64,000 nt of DNA from Vicugna vicugna (Eukaryota). This document shows positions 1 through 13,350 of this stretch, in pieces; position 1 is the first letter of the stretch, and every line of letters starts with the position of its first letter. Position numbers and translations under genes: made by a program. The stretch covers positions 1 to 64,000 of the forward strand of contig MU058018.1 of NCBI GenBank assembly GCA_013265495.1, given 5' to 3'. The notes under the pieces are model-generated. The model saw only the letters and a program-made list of their open reading frames with translations, did not search any database and was not told the origin of the DNA.

Positions 1-186
1 TTTTTTTTTTAAAGTCAGCTTGATTATAACGGTCTTTATTGCTTTCCTTGCTCTCATGTTTTGGGATTTTCTTATTCCTGTCTGTGTGCCTGCTTGATTT
101 ATTTTTCACTGATCAGTTTGCTTTCTAGTCATCCTCTGTATGACTATCTGCTCTGTCTTTGGTTTGCTCTTGTGTTGTATGTATAG

Positions 187-285
187 ATTCATCAAGCAAA
201 TGTCCCCTGGGTGCCTAATATGTTCTCCTCTGGTTATAGCAGTGAACAAAACAGACAAACCTCCTTGCCTTCATAGAACTTGCCA
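187..285 (-). mobile_element. L2 LINE 3'-end fragment
   Basis: Contains tatagcagtgaacaaaacagacaaacctccttgccttcatagaactt, resembling the reverse complement of the L2 3' end; boundaries approximate. Confidence 0.6.
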
Positions 286-3200
286 TAGAACGTGCTCCAT
301 TCATACCTTGACTCATGGCATGATTGCTGGGCTCTTGATTTCTTCCCCGTGGCTGATCTGATTTTCTTACCAGAACTCTTAACTTTAGTGACTCCTTTAG
401 CTAGCCTCAATATGCCTTCTAACCTTCTCTGCTGTAAACCGATGAGAAGGGCTGACCGAGTCTGGACATTGGTTCCAGCTCCATGAGTTGCAAAAATTAC
501 CGCATGGAAATGAAAACCAAGGAAGTGCTGTGTAGCCATTTGCCTGATACACGAGACAGATTTACTTGGTGTCTTCTCACCAGAGTTGGTGCAGATAAAA
601 AGTACTAGAGATAGAAGACCACATGAAATGACCAAAACCTATCCAGAGGAAATTTTAGCATGTAAGTCTAAGCACTGTCAATTACTGGGATCAAAATAAG
701 GACTTTTTGTGTGCTGTTGGACATAGGGTACTTGGAAACCTTTTTGTCATCTATAGATGTACTAAAGGTATCCCTAGTCTTCTGACATTGTTTCTGTACG
801 ATGTTGTTGTCCAGGATCGCAGTAAAAAATGCCATTTTTAATTATATTTTTGGTGACTATGTTAAAGATAAAAATGGGCTGGATAGAATGTATGTCAGAT
901 AAAAATGCGTGAATGAGCATTATTACGACTAGTAGAAGGTAGAAGTCTTCTGTTACTGTGCAGCTACATAAGAGTTAATTTTATTTCCTAGCTTATGTTT
1001 TATGTCTTTTAATGTTTTAATTTTGAAAAATACCCTAGGAAAATTACACAATGATTTTTAAAAATGAATAATCATACACTTTCTACATCATGAACATAGA
1101 GCCTTAAAGTTATCTTTGAAGCAAACAGAAGACCTTTAATTTGCTGCCGACTAATGCCATATGCCTTTTCAAGACACAGGGGAGGGATTAACACTGTGTA
1201 GGGACATGTAAACAGAGAAAATCAGTCACAGGTGCTAGGGCATAATAATGATTGCCTTCCTATGAAATCATAATCCTGATGTTCCTCAGATAGAAAATAA
1301 GGTTCCTCTTGGGAACATAAAATCAAGTTTTGTAACAGTTACAGGCTATTTTTCAAATGAGTCGATGAAGGAAGACCCATGAATGACTCCGTGATTTCTA
1401 TCAAAACAGTTGTGTTACGTTATCAGGGTACCGAGCACAGAAACCTACTCTGTGAAACTTCTGAATTTTGACAGTGATGAGAAAGTGAAATAATAAGTCA
1501 GTTATGAACAATGGCAGTTTTTCACTTGTTAGCTCCTAATATGAACATTACATATATTTTCTGTCATATTTCTATAAATATTAGCATATTTCAAAATAGC
1601 TATTTTAGTTTATATGTGGAAATTACTCTCTAAGTGATTAATAGGGCTCAAAACTAGTACTATTTAATAGTGTTACATTATCTAATTGAGTTGTAGTACT
1701 TTGTAATCTCACGTATGTGAAATGTATGTACGCCAAGGATTAGACTAACTTACCTCCCTTGATCCAACTAGTTCAACAATGACTTTTATTAATTATTTAT
1801 GCAGTGAATGAATGCACTATGGGAAGAGTTTGGTCATGTTAGAGAACTTAAGAGCCGAATGACTGTCAAAGATATGACATGGGAATCTCTTGCCCTGTCA
1901 GTTACAGAAATTGTTTTTAAATTATACTGTGGACTGGAACTGGCCTTACAGAGAACAGTAAAGACACTTTCTAAGCGTCAGAGGCCACTGACTCTGGATT
2001 ATGTGATTTAGCTTTTAGTAAAACCAGACAGAAAGAGGTAGTACAACCAAAGCAGTTTTTCATCCCATACAGAAAACCATACGAATTTCATCTGGTTTTG
2101 GATATTCACGTGAAATTTGAGCAACCTAGGTTACATACAAGCCTATAAATCTAGCTTTGAAATAAGAGTTTCAATATTTTATTACAAGGACGTGTGAAAT
2201 CCTAGAACCTTGTCCATCTAGGGCCTGAATTTGGCTCATTGTGGAACTTTTAAAAACACCCTGTCCGAACTACCCTTGGTTGAACAGCCTTCTCCACCAA
2301 CTGAAAACTATGGATGCAGCATCTAAGAAGGCGTCAGGGACGAGCTACGTTTAGTCAGTGCTCCTGCAATTCCTGTAAAGCGCTCAAATTTTCCCATTTT
2401 TTAACTGAAAATATACAAATTTTTTTTTTTTACATAGAGTTTCTCTTTCATTATTTTACTAACTTGGCAAGAAAAAGGATGGAAGCGTTCTTCGGGTTAG
2501 TGAAGCTTCTCTTCTCAAGTGGAAAATGGGGTGTAGGCTGTTGTCAATGAAGTATGAGAGACTGGAGTCAATCAAAGACAGCAGCTGAAGCCAATAACGT
2601 AGTTTAAAATAGACTCAAACTACTATGCCTGCCTTTCATTGGTTTTGATTTGTCTCAACAAAATTTGCATTTAAACATGGTAAGATTAGCTTGCTTTGCT
2701 ACGCTTCATATAAAAAATACTTCTTTCCCTGCACAAAGGAAGTTTAATGTCTTTTCTGACTTTAATTTCCATTAGACTGAATTACTACTGTGTCTGTTGG
2801 TGTTTTGCATAAACATTCAGTAGTTACGGTACAAAAATGTATGTGTGTGGTCATCCTAAATAAAAAGTAAATATTTGTTTCAAAAATAGTAGTTTAATTT
2901 GTGTTAAATATTCATCTGTCATCTACAGCAGCCAGATGTAACCTAGGGTTAGTTTCTACCCTGCATTTAAATTTTAATTAGCATGCTTCCTTTAATGCCC
3001 TATTGTCCACAAAAGACAATGCACCTTGCAATTTAAAATATTAATTTAGATCACATTTACTGTAGATTTATATGCTAACGTTTTACTATTAAGCCATTTC
3101 AAAGCAACAATATTGACATGTCAATATAGTTTACATGAAAGAAAATGTTTTCAAAGTGAGGCTATTTAGCTCTCTCTTAATAAAATAATCACTTCTTAGA

Positions 3201-5201
3201 TTTAAAAGTTTTCTTAAAGAATTAGGAAGTGTCCATGATAACAACATAGCAATATTCTTCTATTAGAAAATAGTCAATGAGTCAATGTGTATATAATAAA
3301 GAAACTGAAGCAGATCAGTACTGGTAAGTTTTACAAGGTCAAACTGTCTAACTATAGACTAACTGGAGGAAGAAGTATTCAAATTGGTCGTGTGTTAGAA
3401 CTATGTATTTCAGTGTTAAGTTTTTATAATCTTCAATTTCAATTTTCCTTAATAATATTTGAGATGTCATCTTTTCTTGAAATTGCCTAAACATGTTTTT
3501 GAATGTTAAAATGATTCTAAATTTATTAGGATAAAATCAAGACTTATGTAAATTACATGAAGCAGAATGGCAAATGTTAAGCCAGTCACTGACGTTTCCA
3601 CTTGCAGAAGAGGAGGGATGAGGGGGTAAGGGAGGACATCTAGCTTGACTCTATGTGGCTGAAAGCCGCTAAGATAATCGGCAACTTTCCTTTTGTAGTG
3701 CCCGGGCTGGGTCTCCAGTAAGTTCATTTAAATCATCCCACACAGTGAAGTTTATCCATTTATAACACACTTAAATCTGGGAAATCCTCAGCTCCATGGC
3801 ATGAACAGCAGGTCAACTGAAAATCACATCGGAAATTCAAAATAAACAAGGAAAAGACCAGTCAATCTTAAGCTTGTTAAGTGCCTTTTTATTGATTGTA
3901 TTTAATTCCTTCAGCGTGAATCCAAAGGACAAAAACTGGTCCTGTGGCTTTTCCTCTTTCATTATCCCAAACAAGAAAGGAAGGATCGGATAGAGAACAG
4001 GAACATAAAATAGCTGTTTCTGCAAAAATGATCACCTTCCTCATAGCTTCATAATTTACTCCCAGTCCATAAGGTCCTCAGTTCCAGTGATTGGGATGAT
4101 GGATGACTCCACTTCGGCTACAACCGGCGACTGTGCTGCAATGTATCTCTCTGCAGGATGTACAATAGAACAAACGAACCAGCAGGATGGAGTGGCACGC
4201 GGGAGTGCCGGGGGATTTCTCTTCAGTGGAAGAGTAGATAGTCATTCCCTGGAATTATGTAAAATACAGCTTGTAAATATTGCTCCCATTGTGGACACGT
4301 GCATGTGCAACTTGACAGAAAAGGGCAACACTGGCATAAAAGAATGCAAAAATATTTTCCACTTCAGTGCCCGTGTGTTTTCACATGGCCAGATTTTGCA
4401 TTAAACAAAGCTCCCGCTCCATGCTTAGTGAATTGTTAAGAAGGTAAATATATATATATATATTTGAGGACAGAGGGAAACTACTTACGGTTTTATCATT
4501 GATACTTAGTTTATTCCGAAGCTTGTAATTCAATACTAAAATAATACTAAACTGCTTGATAATACTTGCTTAGATCATATTTTTAGGATCACCTCCGTAT
4601 CTCTTTATAAGTCAATACTATATTTTAACTGAAAAAATTAGGATGTGAAACAATAACCAGCAAATTAACAAAAGAGACTTGAATTTCCAGACTATCCAGG
4701 CGGATGTGTTTACGTCCATCCTTGTGCTGTGCAGCTTGCACAGGAATCAAAACTTCTAACTAACCATACTTCCCACATTCTTCCACAATCTAACAGAATC
4801 TAAAACAGAATGAGGCTAAATGTTTATGTTCTGAAAGGACTTCAAGAGCTAAGACCTCTCATCAGCAAGGAATAAGAGTGATTGTTAGCAGTTTGTCCAA
4901 GTTGCTAGCAACTAGCAAGAAAAACTCCTTGGCCAGCTCTTACAGTCAACTTCCAAATTGCTTTTGCCAGATTCTTCTTTGTCTTTTTCATTTGAAAACT
5001 TCTGTTCCACAGGCAGCTGTTTGGCAGTGTGTCATTTGTTTTTAATTTTTATGCAAGTAACCTTCTCTTCTACCTCCATACTAGCAGTGCTGGGGCAAAA
5101 ATGAAGTCAAACTCATAAAAAGTAGCGTACCAGAATTCCAGGTACCCAGCTCCATACAGTCCTGCCGCATTTCATTTATCTAGCCAATAAGTATAAAATA
5201 G

Positions 5202-5203
<2 letters not shown>

Positions 5204-5233
<30 letters not shown>
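5204..5233. repeat. (TG)15 microsatellite
   Basis: Perfect TG dinucleotide run read directly. Confidence 0.97.
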
Positions 5234-5234
<1 letters not shown>

Positions 5235-5573
5235 CAGGGGGCGGGGTGTTAGGAATGGGAGATAATCCATAATTTTACTTAAAGTGATTGACCCTCATGA
5301 CAGATGCAGTGACCTTTATAAGATAATGAAACCAAGACATGGATTTCATATTTTACCTATTAAAATAATTTAATTTTTTAAAAACTTTTGTGGGTTTTTA
5401 ACTTTTTTTTTTGCTCAGAAAAAAGTGACACTAAAGGAGAAATGTTAATCATAAAATTCTATTTGGTTTATCTTATATTCTCAGGAAAGAGATTTGAAAC
5501 AACACTTCTGCTTGAGAATGTACACTAGAACTCTTTGCTTCAGCTTCTCAGAACATAAAACTACACACTAAAC

Positions 5574-6345
5574 AAGTGTTTCCCATTGTGTGCTATTGTT
5601 AGGTAGGTAGATAAGTGGGGGCCCCGGGCAGACAGATGGAGGAGAAGGAGGTTGTTCCGGACGATGGTGTTACGCCCGCCTCCAGCATGAAGGGACTTCA
5701 CTTCTTCTAAATGAGTGCCAGCAAGAAACTGGTTAGAACCCAACAGCCACGACTGCACGGTAGCAGAAAGGACTTAATCAGATATGACCCAATACTCATT
5801 GTATTATAATTAACATTGCAGTTTAGCACCCCCCGCCGTGGGCTTTTCTGTGTACACCATGGATAAGGACATGCGCAAAAGGGTCAATCATGACTTAGCA
5901 CTCCAGGGACAAGAGCATCAATCAATCAAGAGACCACCTCTAAGCGAGGGTGTAAGAGAAAGGGGAGGCAGACACCAAGGCAGACACCAAGGCAGGCTCT
6001 TCCTCCCTTGGATCAGCTCACTTCCTGTTCTCAGAGGTATACTTTTGTAAATAAATCTTTTAAACTCCTTTGCTTCAGAATGCACCATCTTCCTGCTGTA
6101 AATTTATCTTTCGGGTATGGCAAGAACTGAGGTCTTTACCTTTTGGGGTAATACTATAAACTGCTATTATTTGCTTTAAAAAAGTGTTCTATGATCAAAA
6201 AGTTTGGGAAACACTTGATAAAACAAAGCTAAATAGGTATCTTTACTGTCCACTTTCACAGAGCCTTTCATATGCTCACATGCATCGTAAATATCAAGAA
6301 ATGGATATTGTATGCAATTTTTCTCAAGTATATTTGAAAACATTT
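5574..6345. mobile_element. MER103-like hAT-Charlie DNA transposon remnant, split by an LTR
   Basis: agtgtttccc at 5575, then after the LTR aaagtttgggaaacact...aaacaaagctaaataggtatctttactg...cagagcctttcatatgct, matching the recalled MER103 consensus. Confidence 0.6.
5597..6153 (+). mobile_element. Solo ERV1-class LTR (557 bp)
   Basis: Termini TGTTAGG...GGTAATA; 4-bp TSD ctat at 5593-5596 and 6154-6157; AATAAA at 6050-6055; internal 12-bp tandem repeat aggcagacacca at 5966-5995. Confidence 0.85.
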
Positions 6346-6871
6346 GTTTTTGCTTAAAACCTATTAATATCCTGATAAATTTACATTATGCAACGCATGT
6401 CTTGAAAAAATGCTACTCGAATGTTGCATTCATAAGCACAACCGATCATCGATCTTATATTTTAATCATCATTGTCCATCTTCTGATACAATGCAATGCT
6501 ACAAACAGTGCAAAAACTCTCCAATTATGTGTTACATTTTTTCTTTTCCTTCTGCTATTTAATAGAGTTAGAACCTTGTCTATGTAATCTATTTCTTTAT
6601 CTGCAAAACTTCTAAATAGGCTGATGACCCTTGGTGACTAAAATGACCTACCTTGAAGGAACTAACTCCTCTATGATACAGCTGTGGGGATTATGTTTTA
6701 TAATCTACAACTCTGGATCATTTCCTGCCCACTTTCTAAGAGAGATTCTTCCCATTACCAACTGTAAAAATATATGCAGTTTTGAGCTTTAATTTAAATT
6801 GATGATTATTAAAATTCACCTTCCCCTTTTCATTTGACATTCAGAGACTCAAAGTCAGTGAAGGAAGGGGA

Positions 6872-7030
6872 CATATTGTAGTGAAAATAAAATTAAATTG
6901 AAAATCAAGGGACCAGAGTTTAATACTAATAACAGTATAACCCTGGGCATGTCACTTTCAGGACCTCAGTTTCACATATGTAAGATGCAGAGTGTGTGAT
7001 TCATATATTAGAATCTTTCGTTCTGAACAT
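6872..7030 (+). mobile_element. MIR SINE fragment
   Basis: Core-like accctgggcatgtcactt...ggacctcagtttcacatatgtaagatg. Confidence 0.65.
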
Positions 7031-9196
7031 GGAATGGGAAACCAAATCTTAATAAGTATTAAATTACTGTGCTCTTTCTTGCATGTATGAGCCATTGCAA
7101 CTGGAAGTCATTGAAAACTAAAATTGTATTTTGTTTTTAACTTTTACTTAAAATATAGAAATGGAAATAGACTATGATATTATAAGTCTGTTAAGTAAAA
7201 CCTTGTACAATCAAGGCAACTTTTCTACCCTACTTCTGTAGTCAAAATTTTATAGATTAAAAATATGCATTGTTTATTACAAATTGGGTTAAGATCAGAG
7301 ACTTTTGCTTTTAGTATAACTATTAGTCTATAGGCTTTTTTCTCAAAAGCAGTCTTTAGTCTAATAGATTCAGAATTGAATTGCATATCTTTCAACTCAT
7401 CAATCTACCAACACAAAGCTTTTTTAGTGCCTTTCTGTTTCAAGAAGAATATGTACCTACTTGTTAGAAATCTTGGCACCATTTCTCTTCTGTATGTAGA
7501 AGATATAATAGCTTGACATTAAAAGAACTTAGCTTCAACAAAATATACCCATTAAGTGTCACAGCCAATTCTTCTTGGCAAGGAAAAAAAGGTATGAAAA
7601 GAGAAAACTGTAAGTTCGTGAGGAGAACACAAATTAAGCCTTTTAAAATTCCTTTGGTTTAACAACCTATGTTTCATCCATTGTTCAGTAAAAGACATTC
7701 ACTACATTTTTTATGATCCATTGCTGTAAAATTTTTTTTATTTTAAATGTTTTAAGTGTGTCAATTTTACCCTTCCAACGTACATGTGAAATACTTTATA
7801 CTACTAATTTTAAGGGAAAACATGACCTTGAATGTTTTTGAAACTGTTCTACAAAATTTGTACTTTAGGAAGTATTATGACCAAAAAAATAAGATTAAAA
7901 TGTTTGCAACTTCCAAGACTTATGAAGGAAGGTTTAGAGCAACTCTAAATGTAGAAACAAACATATTTCTTCCCTTGAAAAGGGTAGAAAGTATTTTACT
8001 TAATTGGTAGGGTAGAAACACATACCTTTCATTTTGAAAACGGAGGACAAATGTTTTACTTAATTTGTTGGAGCACGATAGTGTGGATGTGTGGATCTGT
8101 TCAGGTTCTTGTTTATCATTTCACTTCTACCTCATTGAGGCACAATTACCAGGATTAGAGGCTATAGTAAGCTTGCTGAAGATGATAGGTATTTAGTTAT
8201 TGCTTTCGGGCACGCAGATGGACTCCCCAGAGCCCTGAAACACTGAGCCTCATTCTACCTGCAGGCACCAAGGCAGGTGTGCAGCGCTGATGGGGCGGCT
8301 CCAAATGGAACATACCACAGGTGATGCTAATTAAGGAAGCCCGGGGACTCTGAAGGAGCACACGGTTTATTGCTGATGGTGGAGTGCCAAAGGTTAGTGA
8401 AAAGCTGGATTGTCTGCTGGCCCAGGGAAGATAAGAACACAAAGGGCACAGAAATGGATTTGAATACAGGCACTTATCCAAGTGCCTTTTAAACTACAGA
8501 ATGCTGCATATAACGGTGTGCTTTTAGCAGTAAAATTAGGAGTCCTTGTATGAATGTACTAATTCATTAACATCAATTTGTGTCACCATTTAAGTAGGCT
8601 CATTTTTTTTTTGTCACGAAGAGGGAGCATCAAGAAAACATTAAACCAACCTCAAATGAGCTATGATTAAAATGAAAATCAGATGTATCATGCCATTTTA
8701 ATAAGTAGTTTTATATAGTGCAATTTTACCGCCACATGAAGAAAAATTATTTTAATTTTGATAACATATGAATTGAATAAATCTCCATCTTCCCCAGATT
8801 TACCAGTTATTTTTAAAATATATTTATTTGGAGAATGATCACTCCATTCCACAGAACAATGGAATTGCATTTTTATTGGCATTATCATCAAATGGTTAAT
8901 TCTAATAATGATAAATCAGAATTAATTCAGGTTGAATTTATTACAGATAATTTTAAATTTTATATATGCCTCATTATTAGATATATTTCCTTTTTAATTA
9001 ATGTAGCTAGGAAAAAATATTGCCTAAAGAACAATGAGTGTTTAAAATAAGAAAGACATATAACGTGAATATTACAGATTTTAGCATGTTTCACCATAGA
9101 GCAGCTAGTTGATGATGAACTGTATATAGTCACCTAAAGTGTAGGTGGCAATATAATTGATCATTATGAAATTTAATTAGAGTAAAGTGTGTTTTT

Positions 9197-10265
9197 GTTA
9201 TCTTCTGTTGCTCAACAAACTACCCTAACATTTAATGGCTTAAAATCAGTACTGTTTTTATTTGCTCAAGATTCTGTGGGTCGGGAATTCAGGAAGTAGC
9301 TGTACTTGACCAGGCAGGTTTTATTTTTCTATTTCTTATGGCATTTCCTAGGATTATTCATTTGACTGCGTCCAGCTGGGTTATCAGCTATAGATTCAGT
9401 TCCACGGGGGCGAGCAGGAACTGGAATTGTAATAGGGAAGAACAAATCTGACTCCATTTTAGATCTGTTCTTCTAGTTCTAACCCTGGGCTCTGTTTCCT
9501 GGGCTTAGTCATGCTGATTCTGCACCTTTTGTAAAAGAATGTTGCCTAGAGCCTGAAATATACAGGATATAGCCTGAAATATACAAGATAGCCCATCCTC
9601 AAGGGTATAAAACTTTTCCATTCATGTGGAGATAAAAAGCTGCAGAATGAAGAATAACATTTGCCTGGTGGGAGGTTTGCAGGAACATTATGACCTAAAC
9701 TACACAGAATTCTGCAAGAACTGAGGATTCTGACACCAAGGAGTTTGCAACAACTAAACACACCCCCTCCCCTTTTTAGTATAAAAGGAGTCTTAATTTT
9801 GACATGGGGAAGATGGTTCTCCAAGACATTAGTCTGCCATCCTCTGGGTCTGCTGGCTTTCTGAATGAAGTTATTATTCCTTGCCCCAACACTTTATCTC
9901 CCAATTAATTGGCCTGTTGTGTGGCGAACAGAACAAATCTGGACTTAGTAACAGAATGTCCAGGTGGATTTATTTACCTGTATGGTATCTCAGCTGGGGG
10001 CTGCCTGGATATATATCTCTTTCTCTCTCCATGTCATCTTTCCAGTATAAAAGTTTTTGCCTGGCAGATAAGGACTTCAAGAGAGGAACTGGTGGCTGCA
10101 CATCAGGCTTGGCCTCAGCGGTTACAGTAGCATTTCCACCACATTCTATTGGTCAAAGCCAGTTCACTACTCATCTAGACTCAAGGGATGGAGAAAATAG
10201 ACTCAAGCTTGATGTGGGAGCAGAAAGGGAGCTACTACTGTGGCCCTCTTTAGAAACACAATCTA
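9197..10265 (-). mobile_element. Old MaLR LTR (MLT1 J/K/L-like), interrupted by an ERV1 LTR
   Basis: aacaaactaccctaacatttaatggcttaaaa...gattctgtgggtcgggaattcagg at the left and ccacattctattggtcaaagc...ctagactcaagggatggagaaaatagactc at the right are typical reverse MLT1 motifs. Confidence 0.75.
9428..9953 (+). mobile_element. Solo ERV1 LTR, MER41-like (artiodactyl type)
   Basis: Termini TGTAATAGGGAAGAACAAATCTGACTCCAT...AGTAACA; 4-bp TSD gaat at 9424-9427 and 9954-9957; TATAAAA at 9780-9786; short internal duplication agcctgaaatataca near 9549-9590. Confidence 0.85.
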
Positions 10266-10959
10266 ATTCAGTTTACTATCTTTTGGTTTGCTATCCAAAA
10301 ATACCATTTATTTTATAGAATAGCATCTTAAATTATATTAGACCTTACAGAAATTATCTACAAAAGAGAGGTGAGCAAGATTTTGAAATAATTCCTTGGT
10401 AAATATATAAATTTGAAATCATTATGAAAAATAGTGAAATAGGAAATCAGAATCTGTACCCTCCATGCCCTGAGAGATCCATTTCAACAAGAAGCATGTG
10501 TTCATCACTATGAAACTCAACCTCAGTGCACCTGGCCTCTCAAAGAAATCTAAACTGGAATGAATGAGATAAACTGTTATGTGTGAGAATTTTTACCCCA
10601 CTTATGAATGGCTTTTGTTTAGAAACAAACTCCTAACATCTTGCCAAGCCATATTATGGCCTTGCTCATGGCACTGGAGAGTGGTCACTTCAGGGATTTT
10701 CCAGCCAGGTATCATTGAAATCATGGTGACATCAGTTTCCTAAGGGACTTTAAGGCCTAACTTCTACACCCAAGGGATGAAAAACATTTTTGTCTAAAGA
10801 AGAGACTTTTGCAAAGAATAGAACTGAAAAAAAAGTGAACTTTAATTGAAATCAAATGCTCTTTCCTTTATGGGTATCTATTCTTTGTTCTGAAAGGCAA
10901 TAAAACAAAATTTATTGCAAGAAAAGAATTTGATGTTCATATACTTCAACACTTTCGTT

Positions 10960-11075
10960 TCATTGGTTAAAACAGGAAAGAATTGAGAGGTGGAATCTTG
11001 TTCAGAGTCAAAGAAGTAACAAATTGACAAGCCTGGATTAGAACCCAGGAATTTGATTCCATTCCTTTCCAGTTC
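10960..11075 (-). mobile_element. MIR SINE fragment
   Basis: aaacaggaaagaattgagagg...cttgttcagagtca...gcctggattagaacccagg resembles reverse MIR. Confidence 0.55.
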
Positions 11076-11138
11076 CCAATGCACCAGACTGACTCACACA
11101 ACTTGTGTCTGTCATAAGTCAGGGATCTCTGTCTAGGT

Positions 11139-11463
11139 CAGGGATCAGCAAACCATGGCCTGAAGGCTAAGTCCTGCCCTCTGTTTTTGTGGAGTCCATA
11201 ATAAGAATGTTTCTTTTCATTTTGAAAAAGTTGAAAAAAAAAAGAAGAAAAATGTTTTGTGACATGTCTTGAAACATACAAAATTTAGATATGAAATGTT
11301 TATAAATAAGGCTGTATTGGAACATAGCCACACTCTCCTTTTACGCATTTCCTGTGGTTACTCTCACACTGTGAAGGCAGAGCTAAGTAACTGTGACGGA
11401 GCTCCCTTTTGGCCTGAAATACTTACCATCTGGCTTTTTAGAGAGAAAGCCTTCCTCCCCCTG
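11139..11463. mobile_element. MER58B-like hAT-Charlie MITE
   Basis: Termini CAGGGATCAGCAAAC...CTCCCCTG; 8-bp TSD gtctaggt/ccctaggt (hAT-type site); internal tattggaacatagccacac motif. Confidence 0.85.
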
Positions 11464-11929
11464 CCCTAGGTTTTTTTTTCTTCCTTTTAATTGATTATCT
11501 ATTGTCCTTCCCTTCCCCACCCCCTCTATCTTTTCTCTCCAACCCTCTGCCCTCTTTCTCTCTCTTTTTCCTTCTCTGTCATTTTGTTTCTTTCTTTCTT
11601 TATTCATTTCTTCCTTTTGTTCATCTCACACATCTTCTTTATGACACCAACCCCTTCAGCTTTTCCTTTGACTTTTACACATACTTATGTCCTACGCAGG
11701 TTCTTTACATGTCATGTACTCAAAGACTCTGTCCAAGTGTTTTTTTTTTTCCAAAATGACATTCATCCTCATAAGCAGACATTTGTTTGCTTGTTATATA
11801 CACAAAGAAATTCAATCAGCAATCTCATGTCAACATTTCAAAATTCACCTAAACCGGAAACATGTTCAACCCCACCACGTCAACTAGAACAGAACGTTAT
11901 CTACAAGGTAGGTAACATTGGGTGGCATA

Positions 11930-12208
11930 GCTGTTCATCTTCCCAGCTTCAGTGTTTCCCTTTCAGCGATGTCTTCCCTGACCGCTTCAGTCACAGTGCA
12001 CAGACCCCCATGTTTCCTTCTTTTCCTCCCTAATTTAACTTCTTCACTGTGCATATAGCTGAAACATATAATTTGCTTACCTGTTTGTTACTTGCCCCAC
12101 CAGAATGTAAGCTTCACAAGGTCAGAGATTCATATCAGTTTTGTTTACTGCTATTCCCCAGGAACCTGGAACAAAATAAGAAGTCACTCACTATTTCTTG
12201 AATGAATC
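11930..12208 (+). mobile_element. L2 LINE 3' end
   Basis: ccagaatgtaagcttcacaaggtcagagatt...ttttgtttactgctattccccagg...ttgaatgaat, the canonical L2 tail. Confidence 0.8.
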
Positions 12209-12619
12209 TTGGGCTTTTCAACACATACAACAAAGTCTTGATGAAATAACAGACTTAATTACTTGAACAAAATTGAAACAAGGAATTTTTAAATTTTAGA
12301 GTAAAGAAAAGTCATTTCCAAAACTGGAAAACTAAATTGTGAGCATTTTTTCCAAAAGAACTCTACATCTCTAAACTGAAATTATATTTCCATTTTCTGT
12401 AATAAAATAGGGCAGAGTGGAAACAATTTAGTTGTTTTAACTGTATCTTAAAATATTTAATGTGCTTAGGTAACAAACAAGACAATGCCTTAAAAAAATT
12501 CACTGACCCCTTTTAGATGCCAAGAAATAGTGAAAGAAATGACAACCATTGGGAGAAAAGAGAAGTTTATATAATCTGAAACTATCAGAGAAATTGAAAG
12601 TACAATGGAATGAACATTA

Positions 12620-13350
12620 TTTTTCTTAATCCATGGTTCCAAAAGTGTCTTTATAGTGAGAAGATTCAGTTTCAGAATCAGGAATTTACTTGTCACACCT
12701 AGTTTCTTCATTCTGGAACAATGCATCCATTTGTCATTGATTTCTTGACCTTGATACGTTTGAAGTATACAGATCAGTTATTTTGTAGAATGTCTCTCTT
12801 TTGGGTTTGTCAAATGTTTCTTCATGATTAATATCAGGGTATGCATCTTTAGCAAGAATCACATGGAAGCAGTGCTATTTTCTTTTCATTGCATTCCATC
12901 AAGCATTGCATGATTTTGATTTGTCCCATTGTTGTTGAGGATAAACTGTGACCACTTGTTTAAGGTGACATCTGCCAGCTTCTCCATTGTAAAATTACAC
13001 ATCTTCCCTTTCTTACTGGTAAGGATTTGAGACAGGAGTAGAGTAAGTACTGTGAAACTATGTAAATATCATAATCAGATTCCTTATCAAAGTTTCGGTT
13101 TGTTCATTTATTTAATCTATTAGTATGGATTATGGTTTCCTAATATATTCACTTAGCATAGTCCATTACTATCATTGTTTATTTTGATACTCACTGTGTA
13201 CATTTTTTTGTCTAGTGGGAGCTCTTAGAGTTGACTATTGTGTTATTTTGATGTTTCCATCACTCTCTTGAGTATGTCATTGCTTTCTGACATAATAGCA
13301 CATTTCATGTTCATTTTATATTTTCATTCCCTGCCTGGTATCATTTCCAC
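12620..13350 (-). mobile_element. Old L1 3' UTR (L1MC4/5-like)
   Basis: cagttattttgtagaatgtctctc...ttgggtttgtc...gaccacttgtttaaggtg...tctgccagcttctccattgtaaa, recalled L1MC 3' UTR motifs. Confidence 0.75.

Noticed and set aside
3110..3127. Perfect 18-bp palindrome ATATTGACATGTCAATAT
   Set aside because: About one palindrome of this size is plausible by chance in 64 kb of AT-rich DNA.
5183..5199. Adjacent CCAAT and TATAAAA motifs
   Set aside because: Spacing is far too close for a core promoter, and there is no supporting downstream structure.
11383..12033. 180-aa ORF (the longest in the track) and overlapping ORFs
   Set aside because: Driven by a CT-rich low-complexity tract and an L2 remnant; no recognisable domain.
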